Shown here: in pieces, positions 34,117 to 37,268 of the stretch
How the letters are laid out: each line of letters starts with the position of its first letter
Position numbering within the stretch: position 1 is the first letter of the stretch
Sequence record: NC_073051.1
DNA length: 37,268 nt
Source: Escherichia phage PEC14
Reading direction: 5' to 3' (one strand)
Notes under the pieces: generated by a model
Database searches by the model: none
The model's input: only the letters and a program-made list of their open reading frames with translations
What the model was told of the DNA's origin: nothing
Program-made: the position numbers and the translations under genes

Positions 34117-35537
34117 TTGCGCGCCTTTTTAGCTTTCATATATTCCATCAGGTCGTCCTGAATATCTCGCTTACTGTCTCGACGCTCTGCGACTAGTTCA
34201 TCCAGTGTGCCGCGCGCCTGGATAATGTAGACGAATACCGGACGAGGGTGTCCGGCTTGCATCTGGCGAACTGGCCCGATACGCTCCACGATCTGCGCAA
34301 AGTGCTCATAGTTCCAGGTATCTGAGAAGATAGCAAGGTGGTGCCCGCCATCCTGCAAGTTAAGGCCGTGACCCGCCGATGCCGGGTGCGCGAACATGAT
34401 GGGGATCTCGCCCCTGTTCCACGCTTCCATATCCTTATTGCCTTGCTTACCCTTACCCATCGCTACGCCGTGAGGGAATTTCTTCTTAAGACGTGCCAAG
34501 TCATGCTTGTACTGGTATGCTACGAGCAACGGTGCGCCGTTCAACTCTTCCACGATACTTTCCAGCGCGTCCAGTTTAGCGTCGTGAATTTTCACCCATT
34601 CGTCGGTGCGCTCGCCGTCTTCGTCGACCTTATACACGGCCCCGGAAGCAAGCTGAAGGCACTTAATGGTCTTCGAAGCAGCGTTCGCCGCCTCCACCGT
34701 TCCGCTTTCCAGTTCGGCAAATAGCTCCGCTTCGAACTGGTCATAAATCTTGCGGGCTTTCTTCGGCAGGTCCACAACAACCGGCGTATAGATTGGCTTG
34801 TCACATCCGAAGTATTCAGCCGCGTCAACGGTAAGGGATACGTCAGACAGGCGTTGTTGGATCTCCTTCTCGGAGTTCTTTAGCGGGGCGTGCTGCATAG
34901 TGAAGCTGCCAGGCTTAACAGGCTTGCTAATAAACCAGCGATCCGTAAATGCCTTATAGCTACTGCCGAGGCGTTCGCCACCATCGACAAACCATGTCTG
35001 CCCCCATAGGTCTTTCAGCCCGTTCGGTGCGGGTGTGCCGGTCAGGTTAATCCAGCGCTTGACGTGCTTATGTGCGATCGCTGCCAGCGCACGGGCGCGC
35101 TTGCTCCCCTGCTTGCTACGATAGCCTTTCAGCTTAGTCGATTCATCGGCAACAACGACCGTAAAGGGCCACGCATCGCCGTAATAGTCGACCAGCCACT
35201 CAACCACATCGTAGTTAACACAAACCACGTTAGCGTCGCTCTCAAGCGCCGCAATACGGTCCTTCTCCGGCCCGGTGCCGTCTACGACCAGCAGGGATGA
35301 GAATCGCCATTTCTCCTGTTCCGGGGGCCAGGTGCCGGACGCAACGCGCAGCGGGGCCAGCACCAGTACGCGGTCCTCCTGGCTGGACAGGATACCAGTC
35401 TGGAACATTTTATTCAGCGCCCACATAGTCGCGCCGGTTTTACCCGACCCCATTGTCGCCCATATATTGCATCGCTTATGTTTTAGGATGAACGCGGTTA
35501 TCAACTTCTGATATTCGCGACGTCGGAATCGTGCCAT
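34113..35537 (-). CDS. SNF2/DEAD-like superfamily 2 helicase
   Basis: Walker A MGSGKTGAT, DEx-box VVVADESTK; start chosen at ATG 35537 (MARFRRREYQ). Confidence 0.75.
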   Translation of the reverse strand: MARFRRREYQKLITAFILKHKRCNIWATMGSGKTGATMWALNKMFQTGILSSQEDRVLVLAPLRVASGTWPPEQEKWRFSSLLVVDGTGPEKDRIAALESDANVVCVNYDVVEWLVDYYGDAWPFTVVVADESTKLKGYRSKQGSKRARALAAIAHKHVKRWINLTGTPAPNGLKDLWGQTWFVDGGERLGSSYKAFTDRWFISKPVKPGSFTMQHAPLKNSEKEIQQRLSDVSLTVDAAEYFGCDKPIYTPVVVDLPKKARKIYDQFEAELFAELESGTVEAANAASKTIKCLQLASGAVYKVDEDGERTDEWVKIHDAKLDALESIVEELNGAPLLVAYQYKHDLARLKKKFPHGVAMGKGKQGNKDMEAWNRGEIPIMFAHPASAGHGLNLQDGGHHLAIFSDTWNYEHFAQIVERIGPVRQMQAGHPRPVFVYIIQARGTLDELVAERRDSKRDIQDDLMEYMKAKKARK

Positions 35538-35541
35538 ATCT

Positions 35542-35760
35542 TTATTCCGCCTTTTTCCAGACTTCGGTTTCACTGTTCCAATTCCTCTTAGTGGCGTAAT
35601 AGTATGGGTCGTGCTCAAGGTGCACACCGGTAGCGCGGAAGCTCTGGAACTTTTGCCAGCACACGGTCAGCGGCAGCGGTTTAGCCATTCCTGAAGTAAA
35701 CCATACGCGATCGCCCGGTTTACATTCGCCCAGCTTGGTGAGTCGGTAATGTTCTTTCAT
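35542..35760 (-). CDS. hypothetical protein (73 aa)
   Basis: ATG with GGAG SD; 4 nt upstream of helicase start. Confidence 0.35.
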   Translation of the reverse strand: MKEHYRLTKLGECKPGDRVWFTSGMAKPLPLTVCWQKFQSFRATGVHLEHDPYYYATKRNWNSETEVWKKAE

Positions 35761-35803
35761 CGTCATATCTCCCAAAAATGGCGGGACAAGCCCGCCATAT
35801 TGA

Positions 35804-35977
35804 TTATTCTTGTTCTGCACGATAGCGGCGCTGCCGTTCGCGCTCTTTCTTATTGCGGCAAGACTTGCACTCGGCCCGATGACCGTCTGGACTTCGCGCA
35901 GTCTTGCCGGTGTACTTGTGGAACTGGGATAGCGGCTTGATGCATCCGCAATTACTACAACGTTTTTCTTCAATCAT
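35804..35977 (-). CDS. small zinc-ribbon protein (57 aa)
   Basis: CSNCGC...ECKSCRNK double CxxC; GAGGA SD 8 nt upstream of ATG 35977. Confidence 0.4.
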   Translation of the reverse strand: MIEEKRCSNCGCIKPLSQFHKYTGKTARSPDGHRAECKSCRNKKERERQRRYRAEQE

Positions 35978-36008
35978 TTCTAAAATCCTCGATAGTGCCA
36001 ACCTGCAC

Positions 36009-36042
36009 ACTATACCGCTACGCGACCAATTCAGCAACCAAT
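36009..36042 (-). promoter_or_regulatory. candidate promoter ATTGGTTGCTG-N17-TATAGT inside 3' end of VRR-NUC gene
   Basis: Motif copies at 36022-36030 and 36034-36042; -10 at 36009-36014. Confidence 0.35.
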
Positions 36043-36296
36043 AAATCGCAGTCGGATATGTTGTCGATAACGCGAACGTCAGCACCGCGGCGGGCCATTC
36101 GCTCATGTTCACGTACCTGGTGCGGCTTCGGTTTTCCTCCGGGGCGCTTCACTTCGACGAACACTATTTTGCCGTTGATGATAATAATCAGGTCGGGCGC
36201 ACCTGCGCGCCCCTCCCATGCCAGTTTTCGGCAGAATCCGCCAACATCTTTCACCCGTCTCATCAGGTGACTTTGTATCTTGCCCTCTGGTGTCAT
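36018..36296 (-). CDS. VRR-NUC domain nuclease
   Basis: Segment PDLIIIINGKIVFVEVKRPGGKPKPHQ fits the VRR-NUC D...E.K core; TAATG overlap with polymerase stop. Confidence 0.55.
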   Translation of the reverse strand: MTPEGKIQSHLMRRVKDVGGFCRKLAWEGRAGAPDLIIIINGKIVFVEVKRPGGKPKPHQVREHERMARRGADVRVIDNISDCDLLVAELVA

Positions 36297-37268
36297 TATT
36301 TCCTGTACCTGTACATAATGTCGCCTTCCGCGGCAAGCGGGAAGCCTTTCGCCCAAACAGGCAGGTCGCACATCAGCGCGCACAACTCCTCGGTTGTGTA
36401 GTCGTCAGTATCCGGCACTTCGGTTATCAGTTCATCGTGTACGGACAGTACGATCTCATATCCCGCAGCTTCAACGCCAGGCATGGACCATGCGAGGATA
36501 TCGCGACACAGCGCCTGCACGATGTTTTCCGTGAGTTTGCCGCCGTAGGTGTACTGGAAGCCCCACTGGCGGGTCGTCTGATTCTCGCCCTGATATTTAA
36601 TGCGGGTGCTGGTGCGTTTCTTGCCAGTATCTTCGTCGATCTCGGTCGTCACTGACAGCGCAATGCCTGGATAACTCATGATGCGCCCCGACGGCAACTC
36701 AATTTTCAACCACCACCCCGCGGCGTTCGGATCGTCGCGCTCCTCGTCGAAGGTAGGGTCGTGCTTCGCCTTCGTGCGGACTATCTTGAGCGCTTTCTTA
36801 CCATCCGGGCGAACGTTCGCGCCAGCCCAGTACGCTTTGCCCGGATTGCGGATTGCGCAAAGCACCGCGTCTTCTAGTTCGGCCCAAAATGCCACCGTCT
36901 TCGGGTGCGACTCGCGCCACATACGTTTGATCGCATCACACGTCAGCCATACGTTTTTAGGCAGTATGTAAGTTGGGCGCTCGTCCTTCTTGCCAGGCTT
37001 CGGCGGGCGCTTCGCTTCGTTGATCCGGGCGTACTCATAACCCCGTTTCGCCGCCGCCCAAATGTGACCGGGGAATGTTCCCTTCATCACTTCAGCCATC
37101 GCGTAAAGGTCGAGGCCCAGGTTTTTAGCGAACTGCAAGAACGCAGCCACGCCGCCGCCATAGCCAAGGCCCAATTCGCACGCCTTACCGATCTGGCGTA
37201 AGTCTTTGCGGTTGGCTTTAATGTATTCCGGGTCAAGGCCGAACATCTTACCGGCAGTCTCACAATAA
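36296..37268 (-). CDS. family A DNA polymerase, C-terminal portion (gene continues past window end)
   Basis: Pol A motif B-like RQIGKACELGLGYGGG and motif C VLSVHDELI; frame open to nt 37267. Confidence 0.75.
   Translation of the reverse strand, partial: YCETAGKMFGLDPEYIKANRKDLRQIGKACELGLGYGGGVAAFLQFAKNLGLDLYAMAEVMKGTFPGHIWAAAKRGYEYARINEAKRPPKPGKKDERPTYILPKNVWLTCDAIKRMWRESHPKTVAFWAELEDAVLCAIRNPGKAYWAGANVRPDGKKALKIVRTKAKHDPTFDEERDDPNAAGWWLKIELPSGRIMSYPGIALSVTTEIDEDTGKKRTSTRIKYQGENQTTRQWGFQYTYGGKLTENIVQALCRDILAWSMPGVEAAGYEIVLSVHDELITEVPDTDDYTTEELCALMCDLPVWAKGFPLAAEGDIMYRYRK

Noticed and set aside
1-37268. tRNA or other structured RNA genes
   Set aside because: I could not identify any cloverleaf-compatible segment by eye; this cannot be excluded without a dedicated scan.

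Overview
This window reads as a near-contiguous piece of a virulent tailed-phage (siphovirus-type) genome from an enterobacterial host; no integrase or repressor is visible. Plus strand, left to right: the 3' end of a replicative primase/helicase-type ATPase gene, a block of small early genes, a lysis cassette (two membrane proteins plus lysozyme), an HTH-metallophosphoesterase, terminase small and large subunits, portal, Mu F-like head morphogenesis protein, an overlapping Rz/Rz1-type spanin pair, scaffold, major capsid, connector/neck proteins, major tail protein, a tail chaperone with a -1 frameshift site, tape measure, lambda-like M/L/K/I/J tail-tip genes, and a side tail fiber with a C-terminal intramolecular chaperone domain. 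Minus strand: a replication/DNA-modification block (partial family A DNA polymerase, VRR-NUC, SNF2-type helicase, C5-methyltransferase-like protein, degenerate HNH-like protein, Dam-type N6-adenine methyltransferase, HAD phosphatase and unknowns), plus two minus-strand insertions inside the structural module. The most unusual features are (i) a ~160-bp element built from CGGGACA heptamer arrays and a long imperfect palindrome, present twice 16.6 kb apart; (ii) a 9-mer ATTGGTTGC found about 13 times, only in intergenic DNA, mostly oriented toward the downstream gene and usually followed by a -10-like hexamer; (iii) a terminator-flanked minus-strand two-gene cassette of unknown function inside the head module; (iv) a lipoprotein plus beta-rich protein pair transcribed against the tail genes, reminiscent of a receptor-blocking lipoprotein / receptor-binding protein module. 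All calls come from reading the sequence and the ORF track; no database search was run, and coordinates of starts I re-assigned may be off by a codon.
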